From the NCBI GenBank assembly GCA_023515725.1, contig JALDTO010000098.1, forward strand, positions 1,328,164 through 1,392,163: 64,000 bases of DNA, read 5' to 3'. The notes beneath the pieces were generated by a model, which was not told the DNA's origin, did no database searches, and worked only from the letters and a program-made list of their open reading frames with translations. This document shows, piece by piece, positions 1-12,524 of the stretch (its first letter is position 1; every line of letters begins with the position of its first letter). The translations under genes and the position numbers were made by a program. The stretch comes from Amoeboaphelidium protococcarum X5 (lineage: Eukaryota > Fungi > Aphelidiomycota).

Positions 1-3000
1 GACCATACTCAAATGGTGGCAATTTAGTAGAGTGAGGCATACCTTTCATCAGAGCTTACACATAAGGTGTAACGTTCAACTTTAGTATTAAATCTGTACT
101 ACGAGCCATCTCTCCGACAATTACTCCCAAATGCTTAGCACCAATAATTCTATACAAAGCTTCAAAGTGAGGTACACCAATAAAATCTTTATACAACTGG
201 CAAATTGCATTATGAGCCTAAAACAATTGCTTAGAACCACACAAATACATCGGCAACGTCTTTGGAAGGGGAGGACGCTGACTCTCGGAAGCTACAGACA
301 GAGGAGTTCTAACAAAACGACCAGTGAAGGAATTATAACAGTAGTTGGTTGTAAAGTCATTCAAAAGCTCCTGAATTGAATGAGCAACAATACGGCCATT
401 AAAAGTGACAAGACTAGTCTCTTCATCCACCTCTGCCATAAAACTCTCAAACGGCTCCAGCACCATAAATTAGCTCAAGAGCTTGTGAGTGTATTTGTTG
501 TGCTGAATAAGACGCTCCAACTCGATGACGCTGCAAAATTCAGATGCTTCATATCTAGACACAGCAACATCTAAGCTCTACCTTAGATGAATCTCACAAT
601 GCTGAGCTACTAACTTTGAAATATTAATATGGCGGCCGAGCAACTGGAAAGTTTTCTACTACAAAACTGTCCCATAAGGAATATCTACAAAATCGAAGCG
701 ATCATCGACAGCCATCAATTTGTCTGAGGCGGCCTTTTTAAAAGCAGTATCGAGTAGCAGGGACGAGGCCTCAATCTTGAAATGAGTGAATACTTTCTGT
801 GCCATTTTCCATATAAACTAATCAAAGCACAGATTCAACTCGGCCTCCAGCTCATCATACAGAAATCTAGAACGCAAATGATGCAACGCACGGTTGGCAG
901 CATCGTTATATATCTCAAGAGGATACATGAGATATTCCACAAGATCAGGACTTTCACTATCGAGCACAGTCTCGGCCAGAATCCAAGGAAGAGACATTTC
1001 AATAGGAAACTAAATCTATTTCGTCACTTCCAAGTAAAACTCTTTGTACCACAGCTCGGACATGTCAGAGCATTCCAAAACGCATTAATCAAAATTTAGC
1101 ATTGCAGCAAAGGAATGGGTTCTACTAACAAAATCAGAAACATCCTGCACATGCTAATCCTTAAAATCCTTTTCCTTCAGGAAACCACCTTGCATCCCCT
1201 TGGATCTTTCGTTGATTAGAGATTCCAGAAGACTACTCACATAATGGATCTAAGTGAGAGATGCCACAAGCATTTTACCATTCAGACCTCCAACAACAAA
1301 TGAAGGCATCTGATTTCCAAGCTGCGACACTCCACCGGTCTGAGGAAGTGGAGAAGGCTTCTTGACGCCCTCTTCCAGAACATCTTGATCGAAACGATCG
1401 TTCAAGATGCTATATAACGACTACAAAATATTCAAAGAAGGCTTCTTCTTCTTTTACAAGTGCTGAACCATGTCTTTTAGTGTCGTCCTAATAAATGATT
1501 GGATACACAAGTAGACATGCTTGTAAATGCACTCGGTAAATGACACACCAGATGATTATTCCAAAAACATACCAGCCAGAGACTTAATCATCCCAATACA
1601 CTCAACAAGGGCACATCTCTCCTCGACGCTGTAGTTGTAACGCACGGCCAACTCATAAAGGGACGCATCTTCTGGAATACTTTTATTAGAAGCAGCACTC
1701 ACTGGATTCGCAAACTTCCAAGCACTCTACTCCAAGACTTTAGATGTCCAGTCTGACATCAATTAAACTCCTTTCAGAGCCAGCGAATAGATAGAATGAA
1801 CTTCAGATTCAGGAAATACTCTCATGTGTGCTTGACAAGCCAAAACTTGAGACTACGTAGCCTTGAGTTGTATAACAAAGTCAAAATACGTTGACCGGAT
1901 AGAGTCGATCTAATTCAAAAGACTGTACGAACTAACCAGAATCGCATCATTGGGGTCATGTTCAAACTTTAAAGAGGCCAATCTAGGAGTTTTTACAAAG
2001 AATGAAGCCAGAACCATGCTAAGATCACCAAAGAAAGGCACCACAGGATTGGCCTTGATAATTTTCTGCATTCTGTCAATTCTCAGTCTCTTGCGCTTAG
2101 TAACATCACCCTCATCTCCACCAAAGTCAATCAGCCATAAACCATACACAATACATTTTAAGAGCATCCATTTATCAGATGGTTTTACCCACTGCTTATT
2201 TTCAAACGATGTGGCACAAAAGTTCACAAGATCCACAATCAAATCCTCAAATCCGGGAGCCTCCTTTATCAACTTATCCTTCAAGCGCTGACTGAATACA
2301 TTCTAACTGCCAAGAAAAGCATGTAGTAAATGATTTTCCATAGTCTCATCTTCCATCTCACCAGTCAGATTCTTCAGATTGGATTGCGTACGCTTGTAGA
2401 TACTAAAGTCATTATTCAACGATGCCTTACTATTCTTCAGCAGATCAATCACCATGACAAGATCCAACATCTAGGCCATGGCAGTCATAAAGTCGGAACT
2501 AGGAGCCGCCTCTTTAAATTCACGGCCCTCACCAACAATCTTCTGAATGGCTGACGCACTTGATCCACTGGCAGCCATCTAGACAACTGAATCTTTCACA
2601 ACGTAAAACTCTGGGGCCATTGAACGCACAGTAGTAGTGATAAGATTGACACATTCATCACAATAGGTACTCAAATCTTTCATCTTGCGAATCTCTGGCT
2701 TCAAGACATCATATGCAGCCTTATACATATCAGTTCTGTTGGCCTGTTCCTGGTTCTACGCCTATGGGATTCCTCTAGAGACTCCACGGTAAGAGTACAG
2801 CATTGCAACGATGACTCTACCGACATGCATACTCTCTTCCAACTTATTTATGAACTGAGTCTCTTTAAACTACACAGTCTAGGCAAAAGCTATAGAAAAC
2901 AGCTTATCATCACACAGACTCCCACTCTGGACACTTTCAAACAGAACATTAAACTATTTCGGACTAGATACAGGATAAGACTTTTCCACAGACTGGAGTC

Positions 3001-3058
3001 TGTTCAGATTGTACTTGATATTTTCTGTATTACTCAATGCAACATTAAGGTTATTCAT
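1..3058 (-). CDS. CYFIP1: CYFIP/Sra1/PIR121 subunit of the WAVE regulatory complex; 3' end runs off the window
   Basis: With TAA/TAG=Q, one frame from ATG 3058 joins track ORFs 1910..2284 and 218..466. Motifs [33 protein letters not shown] and [22 protein letters not shown] match CYFIP family motifs. Confidence 0.9.
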
Positions 3059-3407
3059 AGTGAATAATTTGTTTTTATTCTCTGTTCCTACAAGAAGACA
3101 ATAAATACTTTAAAACAAAGAACTTTGAATGAATGAAAACTTTGGGCAATTCTGAAACGAGAGTGAAACGGCAATGACGGCGCGCAATGGTCCAAGGTCA
3201 GGCTAACACTGAGAACGGAAGCATTGCGCCGAGTGTCTGACTGCGCGCGTAGGAAAGGCAACTGGAAAGAACAGCTGCTGAAACAATTGGCGCGACCAAA
3301 TGTTCCCCCTTTCCTTTCCTGTGAATATCAACGCCAAGTGATCGTTAACTATCAAATTGCTGGTACATTTAGGTCTCAGGCGTAGGTAAATACAGTTTTA
3401 AATCATT

Positions 3408-3728
3408 ATGTTTCCCAATGGGCAGGATAGGGGATCTTTTGGAATGCAGCAAGTGCAGAATGAGCGAAGAAAGGTGGACGGCGCCAACTCTCATGTGGAC
3501 GAGGTTCTGGAAATGGCATTCAGTGCTTAGCAGTCTCTACATGGTCAGCGAGACCGTTTGCTTGGATAACGATCGCGTCTTAATGACAATGTTCTCACCC
3601 GAGTCCCTCAGATAAACTCTCTTTTAAATAAAATTGGTGTTAAAAAGAAGAAGGACGCCATAGTACTCGGTCTAGTCATCGCCGGTTGCATAGTATTGCT
3701 TCTTCTCTACCGTTGGGGATTAAGTTGA
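3408..3728 (+). CDS. GOS1: Gos1/GOSR1-like Qb-SNARE, 106 aa, SNARE motif plus C-terminal TM only
   Basis: ERRKVDGANSHVDEVLEMAFSAQQSLHGQRDRLLGQRSRLNDNVLTRVPQINSLLNKIGVKKKKDAIVLGLVIAGCIVLLLLY resembles the Gos1 C-terminal half. Ends at TGA 3726-3728. Confidence 0.75.
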
Positions 3729-3830
3729 TCTTGCAGTTGAAAAATAAGTAAAAGATGATTACACGAACAATGCTCGAAGATGTATGCAAAAAGAATATTA
3801 ATATTATGGAATTCATGCCACGGATCACTT

Positions 3831-4649
3831 TCAATTCTCAGGCTGGTCCTCTTCATCTTCCTCATCGATTGGCTCCAACTCTTCAAAGTCCTCCTCATCG
3901 TAATCCTCATAATCTTCATCATCATCCTCTTCTGGCCCCTGATAGTAAGACACGGCATGAGGATAGAGATCACAACAGATCAGGGCGGCAACTTCACAGA
4001 TTCCATTGCCACAACCTTGCAACAAATTGACCAAGCTGATGCTATCTTCAGCACCAGACTCTTGAATCTCCTAAGTGGACTTGAAAGTTGACTAGACACC
4101 ACCAGCTGATGCGGGTGATGAAGTGGAAGTAGAAGGCGCGATGTTAAAAGTCTTCAAACCAACTTCAGTCCACTCAATCGCGTCAATATTTTCAATGAAA
4201 CCATTCTCTTCATCAATGACAGTGACGCACTTGGTGATGGACTCTGACTTCACATACTGATTGTCCTTCTTGAACTTGATGGTCAGCAGATACTAGTTGT
4301 GAACATCAGCTGAAGCAGAAGAGGTAGAGGTAGACTCAGAAGAAGCAGTAGGACGCGTTACACGAACACCTTCAATAGCATCCAACAACTCTTCGTCATG
4401 CTCAGAGGCGGCCAACACGCTCAGCACGGAATGATTCTGCAAGGCGATCGGCCAGAAATGCGGAATCTTCTCCAACAGACTGTCGCGCTTCGTAAACACC
4501 GGCTGACGTTTCACATCGTACTGATATTGCAATCTGGCCATCTCTTCAGCATACTCCACGTTGATCTCATCTAATTAGTCTTCAAACTCTAGCAGAGTAT
4601 CAAAGACATTAGACACGGTCTACTCCAGCTCATTAATTGACATGCTCAT
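3831..4649 (-). CDS. NAP1/SET/Vps75-family histone chaperone
   Basis: QPVFTKRDSLLEKIPHFWPIALQNH motif, DLYPHAVSYY, acidic tail. Single frame joins track ORFs 4293..4559 and 3831..4034. Confidence 0.85.
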
Positions 4650-5095
4650 ACTTTATATTTCGTATTTAGATATATGGCTATTTCTTTTGATTTTTAAGAA
4701 TTTGCGCGTTTTTACAAGTGGAAGAGGTATGTGTTTGTGATTTCTTGATGAAAATGTTAAAAAAGGGTTCTAAGGAGCAGTGAGTGCCCCTTTTATGGTG
4801 GATAGAAGTTTTGCTGTGGTCTCTCGCAATATATAGGTAGCTCAAGTAACTGAATATTTCCGTGTAATATTTGAAAACTTTTTTTATAAAATCAACCTAT
4901 CGTCTCTGGTGACTCTTCATAGCCAAATCCCATGATGTTTCATTATGAATGTTTTTGATCTTTCAAGGCGATCATTCCAATTCGACACTTATTCCTCCCT
5001 CTCCTGTAACAATCAAACTAACTGTTTTGACTTGAATTGCCTGTAGATAATACTAGAAGTGTTAAATTCTAATACAAGAAGTAGTCTATAATAAT

Positions 5096-6319
5096 ATGGA
5101 TAAGAAAGTAAATATTGATAACATTCTATATTTGGAGTAGCCGTTAATGAAGGTTCCTGCTGAGCAGTTGCACAAGACGTTTAGAAACACTAGAAAATTG
5201 TTGGACAAGGAGATGAGCTATCTGCAGTAGAATATTCCAACCACTCAAGATGGCATAGATTCTGCTATATCCCGTTTGAAGACTTTGAAGCGCAAGTTGT
5301 CTGAATGCTAGGCTGAAGAGTAAAAGTTTATAAAGCGTGTACAGATTCGGTCCAAGCACTTGACGCAGATTACAGAGGTGTAGTCTATGGATGACGAAGT
5401 GTATCAACAGTGGACTCGTACTCGGTTGATCAGGATTCTGGTAGATTATTTGCTGCGTAAAGGCTATTTTGATGCTGCAGATGCTCTGACTAATCATTAT
5501 CAGGTGTAGGAGTATGTTGATGTGGAGCTGTTTGCATCCACTCGTAAGATTGAAGAGTCGCTGCGTAATCGCTCATGTACCGAAGCCCTGTAGTGGTGTG
5601 TAGAGAATAAAAGTCATTTGAAGAAGGGTAATTCAGATTTTGAGTTTAATCTTCGCAAGCAGGAATATATTGAGTTGGTGAAGGCTAAAGATTATCTTGG
5701 AGCCATACAGTACGCTCGCAAGTACCTGAACTAATATTCCAGTGGCTAGATGGGGAAAGAGGTGCAAAAGTTGATGACTCTGCTCGTACTCTCCGAATAA
5801 AAGCATCTACCTTCATAATACAAGAAATAGTTTAGCTAAGATAATTGGGTCCAGCTTGTGTAATAGTTCAAGTAGGAGAATTATAATTTGAATCAGCTCA
5901 CTTCTCATACTCTGCTTGAGATTGTCTTGCAGGGTGGTCTGATTGCATTGAAAAATCCAAGCTGTATGAACTCGCTGCAGTGTAGTAATTAAAGTTCCAA
6001 CTCTAACAGTCAAACGCGCCTCGTGTCAGATCTTAATCCCAACTGTCCAGTGTGCAACTTTCCTTTTAATATTCTGGCTGAGAAAGTTCCTCTGAGTCAT
6101 CACACTACAAGTTGCATCGTGTGCCGCGTGTGGAATGTTATAATGGACGAAGACAATCCGCCAATGGTACTTGAGAATGGTAATGTCTATTGCAAAGGTG
6201 CCATTGAAGAGATGAAAGATAAGTCCAGACGTGAAGGTGGACATGATGGGAAAATAAAAGATCCATAAACTGGAGAATGGTTGTCTGCCAGCAAGATAAA
6301 GAAGATTTTCTTGGCTTGA
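5096..6319 (+). CDS. MAEA: MAEA/Fyv10 (GID9), CTLH E3 ligase subunit
   Basis: N-terminal LEQPLMKVPAEQLHKTFR, LisH/CTLH-like middle, C-terminal RING-like CPVC...PLSHHTTS...PPMVLENGNVY...IKDP. Confidence 0.88.
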
Positions 6320-6450
6320 TTAAGATTCTGTTTTGCTATTTACTGCTTTATCTCCTTATTGCTGTGATTTTGACCATGATGTTGGAATGAATTTATCTTG
6401 GTCTTGAAGTTGAAGTAAATTGATACAAACATATTATTGCTATTTTATAT

Positions 6451-9075
6451 TCACGTTTTGTCATTATTACTATTACTGTTAATATTATCAATATTATTAG
6501 AGGCAGAATCAGAGATGGCAGATGGATTCTTGATCAAATCATTCGAAAGCGTAGTATCCAAAGACTTCACCTCCGCAACTTGTTCTTGTTTACTCTCAGC
6601 AAGTGGAGATGGAAGAGGAGCATCGGTGAGCAATGTAGGAGTCAGGGTTGCACCATTATTAGCCAGAGACTCTTGAGATTTCAAGTCACTCGTAGCGGAT
6701 TGGCCAATCTTTCGCTTCTTTTTATATTCAGTGAGAGATATTCTAGTAGTAGTGGTAGTGGATGCAGCAGTTAATGGCTCGGCAGAAGTTAACGCACCAT
6801 CGCCACCCAGCTAATCATCTGCAGCACTTGATCGGGCCGACACTTCAACAGTGAGATCGCTGTAATTTCTTTTTTACGGAATGCTAGAACTAACACTCTG
6901 ACTACCACCACTTCCTTGAGTCATCACACTCTCTGCCGACATTCTATCGACTTTATCATGCTTATGAGTATCAACTTAACTAGCGAAAGAAACTTGAGTC
7001 TAAGTAACGACAATCTCACTTGGAGGAGTGGGAGACCGAAGAGTTTCCATCTTTGGTGCCTATGACTTGTTAGCATTCAGACCCTCACCATCATCACTAA
7101 TAACCATTCCAGAACTCATGATAGACGTCTACACGGAATTACCATCATGATCAGACGAGAGTGACAATTGACTCATTCTCAACTAATAATTTCGAATCCA
7201 AGCTTTCTTCATATAATACGAGCCTTTTCTAGATGGTTTGAATTCAATCATACCGTCAATATCCTTCTTTGGACTAGAAGATCGCGGAGACTGAAGAGGT
7301 GACATGAGACCAACTGATGACAAGGCAGGCGATGGAGATTCATAGCGTCTCCCAGTAGGATCTTCATTCTGATAAGAACTAGATTGAGAGAAGTGAGACG
7401 ATTGCTACTGTTAAGACTATTGCTTCTTTTTCTACTACTCCTCTTCCATGCGCGCAAACCGCAGAATTTCTTCTCTCAACTTTTTCTCTTCACGAGACAA
7501 GACTTTAAGTGGCTTATTGAGAAGATCATCATTAAACGAGGTGGCTGCATTGGTAACAGACTATGGACTAGACCTGTCATTCAGGTTGCCTTGATCTACA
7601 TGATTTTTGTTCTGTTCCAAAGCCAATGCTTTAAGCTCACTAGTCTTTTTACGCCCACGCTTTTTAGGCTTAACTTCTTACTAAGGCTCTTGATTATGGG
7701 GTGGTAATGTATTACCAGACTCTGGAACTTGATCAGGAAATGGCTGCTAATCACCATGGCCACCATCTTCTTAACTATTATCCAAAACCATTTGGCTGTC
7801 ATCAAATTGAGAAGAAGGCTTTTCATCTTGATCATTCTAGAGAGACTCTTGTGCGTACTGAGGATCATCATATTAATCATCGTCATACTGCAAGCTTGGA
7901 TTAAAATAACACGTCCGCTCATCAGCGCAAGCACAATCCATACAAACATCCATACCGGATAGAGTTCCATAATAAGGCACGGTCAACTCTTCATTCTCCA
8001 AACTTCTTTAAGCAATGAGAAGAAAAGCAAAGTGAGGCCCCTCCCTCTTCTTGTCAGCTGACGATGGTTCAACATTTTGAGATTATTAAACATCAGCATG
8101 GCCTTCATCATTTCCATCTGTCATTAATTGACCAGAGCTATCTACTTCTTCATTGATGTCCTTATCTGCTGACACTGAGTCTTCCATTCTCTGCTCCGAA
8201 CCTGATGTCTACTATAAAGATTTAAGATGCTAAGAGTCAGTCGCATCCATGTCAGCAATAGTAGCAGCAATAATATGAGACTTGAGCTAACAATTCGGTC
8301 TACAAGAATACCTGACAAATCTGGCTTCATTGCCAAATCTTCGACAATCCAAGAGTAGATCCTCAGAGACTCTGAATACAAACCTCTCATTGACGAGTTA
8401 TAATTAGTTATCCTCGTCCATCTTTAACAAGGAGGCCTTCAATTCCGCAACAGGCTGCTCAGAATCAACTTTACCACTTAGAACCAGAGCAGCTCTGTTA
8501 GAACTCCTACTATCCACAATCTTCTCAACAGACAACTTCACAGAGTCTATTTAAGTCAACACTCGAGAATAATCTTCAGCACTGAGCTAGGCTAAAGAAG
8601 ACAAGTCACCAAATTAGAAATCCCCGTCTGGAATGATATTCCGACTCACTGGAATGTAATCCTCAGCCAAGTCGAAATAATCATCATCAGAATCATCATC
8701 AAGAGACTCTTCACTAACACTCCGTTTAGACCTGCCAGTATTTGAATTATTATTATTGTTATTATTACCACCACCAGAAGCTGTAGATGACTTCCTACCA
8801 CCACGGCCACCTTTCTTCTTCTTCAACTTCAGACGCTTCTTCCGTTATAGCTCCCTAGCCATCTGGTAGTCGATTATACGATCACCTCGACCGACAGCAG
8901 GATCACAGCGCTCGCACAGGTACACCTCAGGCACACCATTCTTGCGGATATTGACGCATATGGCATGCTGCCACACCAGGCACTTGTCACATTAAATGGT
9001 GAATCCATCATCTGTAGTGTATCCACAGACACAGCGAATTATGCCATCATCTGCAGGACTATTAGTACGACTCAT
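6451..9075 (-). CDS. SET3/MLL5-like PHD-finger protein with a degenerate SET-like region and long low-complexity tail
   Basis: N-terminal PHD [29 protein letters not shown]...YLCERC (the conserved Q is TAA). Same frame as track ORFs 8614..8826 and 6451..6684. The middle was not fully checked for TGA. Confidence 0.75.
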
Positions 9076-9245
9076 GTGACTGACTATTTATATGTATATG
9101 CTCTGTATGTATCCAGTATATTTATATTCAATCAATCTCACCAAAGATAAAACGGAATTCACCCGGTCAGATATAATAATAACTCAAAGTAGCAAATAAT
9201 AGAGTGCCAAATACACACAGTCAGTATATTGCAATAGCCACACTT

Positions 9246-9270
9246 GAGAGGAGAGGAGAGGAGAGGAGAG
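9246..9270 (+). repeat. (GAGAG)5 microsatellite; partial reverse-complement copy at 9395-9408
   Basis: Read directly from the sequence. Confidence 0.9.
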
Positions 9271-10134
9271 TACACAAAAGAGTGCGTAAAACACACAAAA
9301 AGAGAATGGCGCTTATCCAGTGAAAGACGTTGAAGAGAAATATTTTTTGATTTTAATTTCAGGGGCCGATCGCGGCAAGGAAAAGTCTTTAGAGCTCCTC
9401 TCCTCTCCTTGTTTTAACGCTCACATCGACAACTCTGAGCACACGTAAGACTATCATGAAAACTGTAATGAAAAGTAGTAATAACAACTAGAAAGACTAG
9501 ACATAAGATAAAGAATTATTGATTTGTTTACAAGACCAGTAATCAGACTAGTATTAAGATAAAGCAGAACATAACATCATTACTGCCTCAGGCAAGGATT
9601 GCACTAGAAGAACACGCTAACAAATTTAGGAGTAGAACACGTTTGTCTCAACATCTATAACCATATCCTATTGAATAAATCTATCAACATCAAATATTGC
9701 ATTAGCACTTATGTTCTTGATGAAATTATAGCAAAAAATGAAGCTCCTTTAACCCAGCTTTAAAGGGGAACTACCTACTCAAACATTTAGAAGGACAATA
9801 TAAAGTCCATGAATTTTTTTCCCCGCAATACATTGGATACAGCATTATCTTACATTGTTGTGACGGCCTAGCCATTTAGATGACATTATAATTTACACTG
9901 ATACTAATTAGAAAGAACTGACTAGAGCGGACATCAGGACGGACTCAGGATGTGCGTACCACCAGAAGAGTCAGTAATAGTTGAAAGGGACAACATCAAA
10001 AGGACCAAATCATTGATGAATTACTACTCATTCGCGATGAGTAAATTAAATTGCTTCAATAACTTATTGAAAACCATAACCAGATCACCCATGTTCAACA
10101 TTCTTATTATCCCGTCCATTAAGGATTCGGAGCT

Positions 10135-10379
10135 GTTTGAAATTCCAGCGACTTTGGACGCGCGCGCCATACAGCGGACAGAATATAGCCGAGGAAAGAC
10201 GTAGAAGACTAGGCAAAGTTGCACTTTGAAAGTTTACAGTAAAGCTTATTAGAACGGAGGATCTATAATACATCGCGCACATGCGACCAATGTTCTTCTT
10301 CATCACCATCAGTATACACAACAATATCATCCAGATAGACCACTACAAATTTGCCAATCTACAGTGAATACACTTCTTT
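10135..10379 (-). mobile_element. Degenerate Ty3/Gypsy LTR-retrotransposon reverse transcriptase fragment
   Basis: KEVYSLQIGKFVVVYLDDIVVYTDGDEEEHWSHVRDVLQILRSNKLYCKLSKCNFAQSSTSFLGYILS (YLDD at 10326-10337), then a frameshift/deletion and KVAGISN. No gag, protease, RNase H, integrase or LTR pair recognised. Confidence 0.85.
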
Positions 10380-10772
10380 AAAAGGTGTGAATCTGGAATA
10401 GTATCTAGATCCTGATCTTATTAATCATATTACTAATAAAAGATTTGCACAGGCTCCAAGTCTATTGTACAATCTTGATCTTTATAGTTCTTTCAAAAGC
10501 AGCGTAGTACCGATGATTTCAAAATCTGGAGTAGTTCTTATAGTGAGAATCAGCGTACAATAACACAATCATTGCGAATATAGACGCGTTAATGCTCTAC
10601 TGTATTTATGCGCACATACTAATTAATTGCAAAGTTCAATTCCATCTGGATACCCGTATAGTATGAATGATAACGAAAGCCCCATCCACGAAGTACGGCA
10701 GTTTCTCTCGATTTTCCAATCAAATCATCAATATAACCCACAGTCTCAGGCAAAAGAACATAGACGAAATTA

Positions 10773-11327
10773 GATTTCACCCGACCCAATGTTGCACGGT
10801 TTAATCTTGAGAGAAATTCGGTTATCGCTGGATTTTATATTATTATAGCTCCGACTTGTTTAGTTTACGGTCCAATTAAAGTCTACTTGATGTTGTATCA
10901 GGGCGAACTGACAACCGATTCATTTCACCCGCTGGAACGTTAGAAAGCGGTTGATTTCACCCGATTCGGCGTTGCGCGGTCCAACTGCAATAGAATTTCG
11001 GTTATTGCTGCATTTAATATTAGAGTAGCTCTTACTGTGCTAGTGTATGGTCCAAGTATAGTCAAGTTGGTGTTGTATCAGGGCGAACTGACGATCGGTT
11101 GATTTCACCCGCTGCAACGTTAGAAAGCGGTTGATTTCACCCGATTCTCTGTTGCGCGGTCCAAATGCAGAAGAATTTCGGTTATCGCTGCATTTAATTT
11201 TACAATAGCTCCCACTGAGATAGTTGATGGTCCGAATTAAGCCAACTTTGATGTTGCATCAACGCGTACCGACTATTAGTAGCAATCGGTTGAATTCACC
11301 CGCTCTTGCGTTAAAAAGCGGTTGATC
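10773..11327. repeat. Tandem array of three diverged ~180-bp units with paired 16-bp imperfect palindromes CGGTTGA(T/A)TTCACCCG
   Basis: Units start at 10773, 10953 and 11133. Unit 1 vs unit 2: 39 mismatches in 180 bp by hand count, no indels. Unit 3 is about 11 bp longer. Palindromes at 10948, 11096, 11128 and 11287, with degenerate copies near 10916 and 11319. Confidence 0.95.
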
Positions 11328-11789
11328 AATTCCTTGTTCACAAAGCGTCTATGATCATCCACTCTTAGCTCACACAACCGTCTTCCATAACTATTCAACC
11401 AAACAAGATTATAGCCATCAGTGGGATAATAGAACCATAAATCTCAAAATCTTCGTATATTCCAAGATTAGAGTCTCCATAAAATACCCACTATGTAGTT
11501 CATTTAACATACGCGTAACGTACTTGCATGCATGCCCTCACCTGAGCAAAATATTAGCGCTATCCAAATCCATTAGCAGTAAACAGAGCAGCAGTAATTC
11601 ATGCGGTTATTTTTTCGCGTAATTGTAGTTCTTTTTACGATCCGGATAACTACAGTAAGTCGATGAACGCAGAGAGAGAATCTCTCGCTAAGGCAATGAA
11701 AGACCTCGCTCGGTTTCTTCTCTCTTTCGGTGAGCTAACAAGAAGAGACATTTGAGACGGCTATTATATTACATCAAAGTGGTGCTTTT

Positions 11790-12443
11790 ATGATGCTTAA
11801 ACTTACTCGGCTAATATATAGTGTTATACTTTTTTTCGGCATCGCTGTTGCTGCAAACGGAGGTCTTAATATTAGAGTTGAAATAGCTGACAATCTAGAT
11901 TAGAGTATTCTGCAAGATGCATACATCAGTTTAAATGGACAATAGGCAGGTAGTATCGCACCAGATGGCCGCGTTCTGATGAAGAAGCAAGTACCGAGTG
12001 GTATTTATACTCTGAGAGTTGAATCTATTCGCTTACGGTTCCCAATGCTTAAGGTAGTTGTTGGAGAAGATGGTGGCGCGATCAAGTATTACGCACTGAA
12101 TCCTAGTGTATATTATCAAGTTCCACAAGGCTATGACATTCCAGCATTGACCACGCCTATAGTTTTAAAGCCGCTTGGACCACCTGTCGATTATGTTCTG
12201 CCGCGTCAATCTTTCAATGTTTTATCTATATTGAGTAATCCGATGGTTCTAATGTTGGTCATCAGCGGTGGCCTGATGTTTTTGACTCCGAAATTGATGG
12301 AGAATATGGACCAAGAGTAGGTGAAAGAGGTGAGAGAGTCACAGTCAGCCATGCAAGGACTTCTCAGTGGTCAGACGGGGCTGAGCGATTTCATGGCTCA
12401 ACTAAATAAAGACAATGTGGATTAACAAGATAAGCGTAAATGA
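11790..12443 (+). CDS. EMC7: ER membrane protein complex subunit 7
   Basis: Signal peptide, VPSGIYTLRVES, YVLPRQSFNVLSILSNPMVLMLVISGGLMFLTPKLMENMDQE. Confidence 0.85.
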
Positions 12444-12524
12444 ATAGCAAACGCATAAAGAAGAATCTACTAACTAATTGTACATTGAATGAATTGATAA
12501 TTTCCTTAAAACTTTACATTTTAA

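Noticed and set aside
3195-3256. TPP riboswitch (CTGAGA ... GCGTAGGAA)
   Set aside because: Lacks the P4/P5 TGAT...TAAT core and correct spacing; the neighbouring genes are not thiamine related.
9456-9885. Functional gene on the + strand in the island
   Set aside because: Two short Gln-rich frames separated by a TGA and frame change, with no motif; treated as debris.
10533-10790. Second RT-like motif GYIDDLI on the minus strand
   Set aside because: The flanking residues do not resemble RT motifs; likely chance in a code where open frames are long.
10773-11327. CRISPR array
   Set aside because: The segments between palindromes are homologous to each other (about 78% identical units) rather than unique spacers; eukaryotic context; no cas genes.
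10773-11327. 60-aa protein repeat (180 = 3 x 60)
   Set aside because: TGA stops occur in the frames translated, unit 3 has a frame-breaking indel, and substitutions show no third-position bias.
11620-11750. snRNA/snoRNA-like hairpins upstream of EMC7 (TGTAGTT/AACTACA, GAGAGA/TCTCTC)
   Set aside because: No U1, U2, U5 or U6 signature and no C/D box pair; the short stems are compatible with chance.
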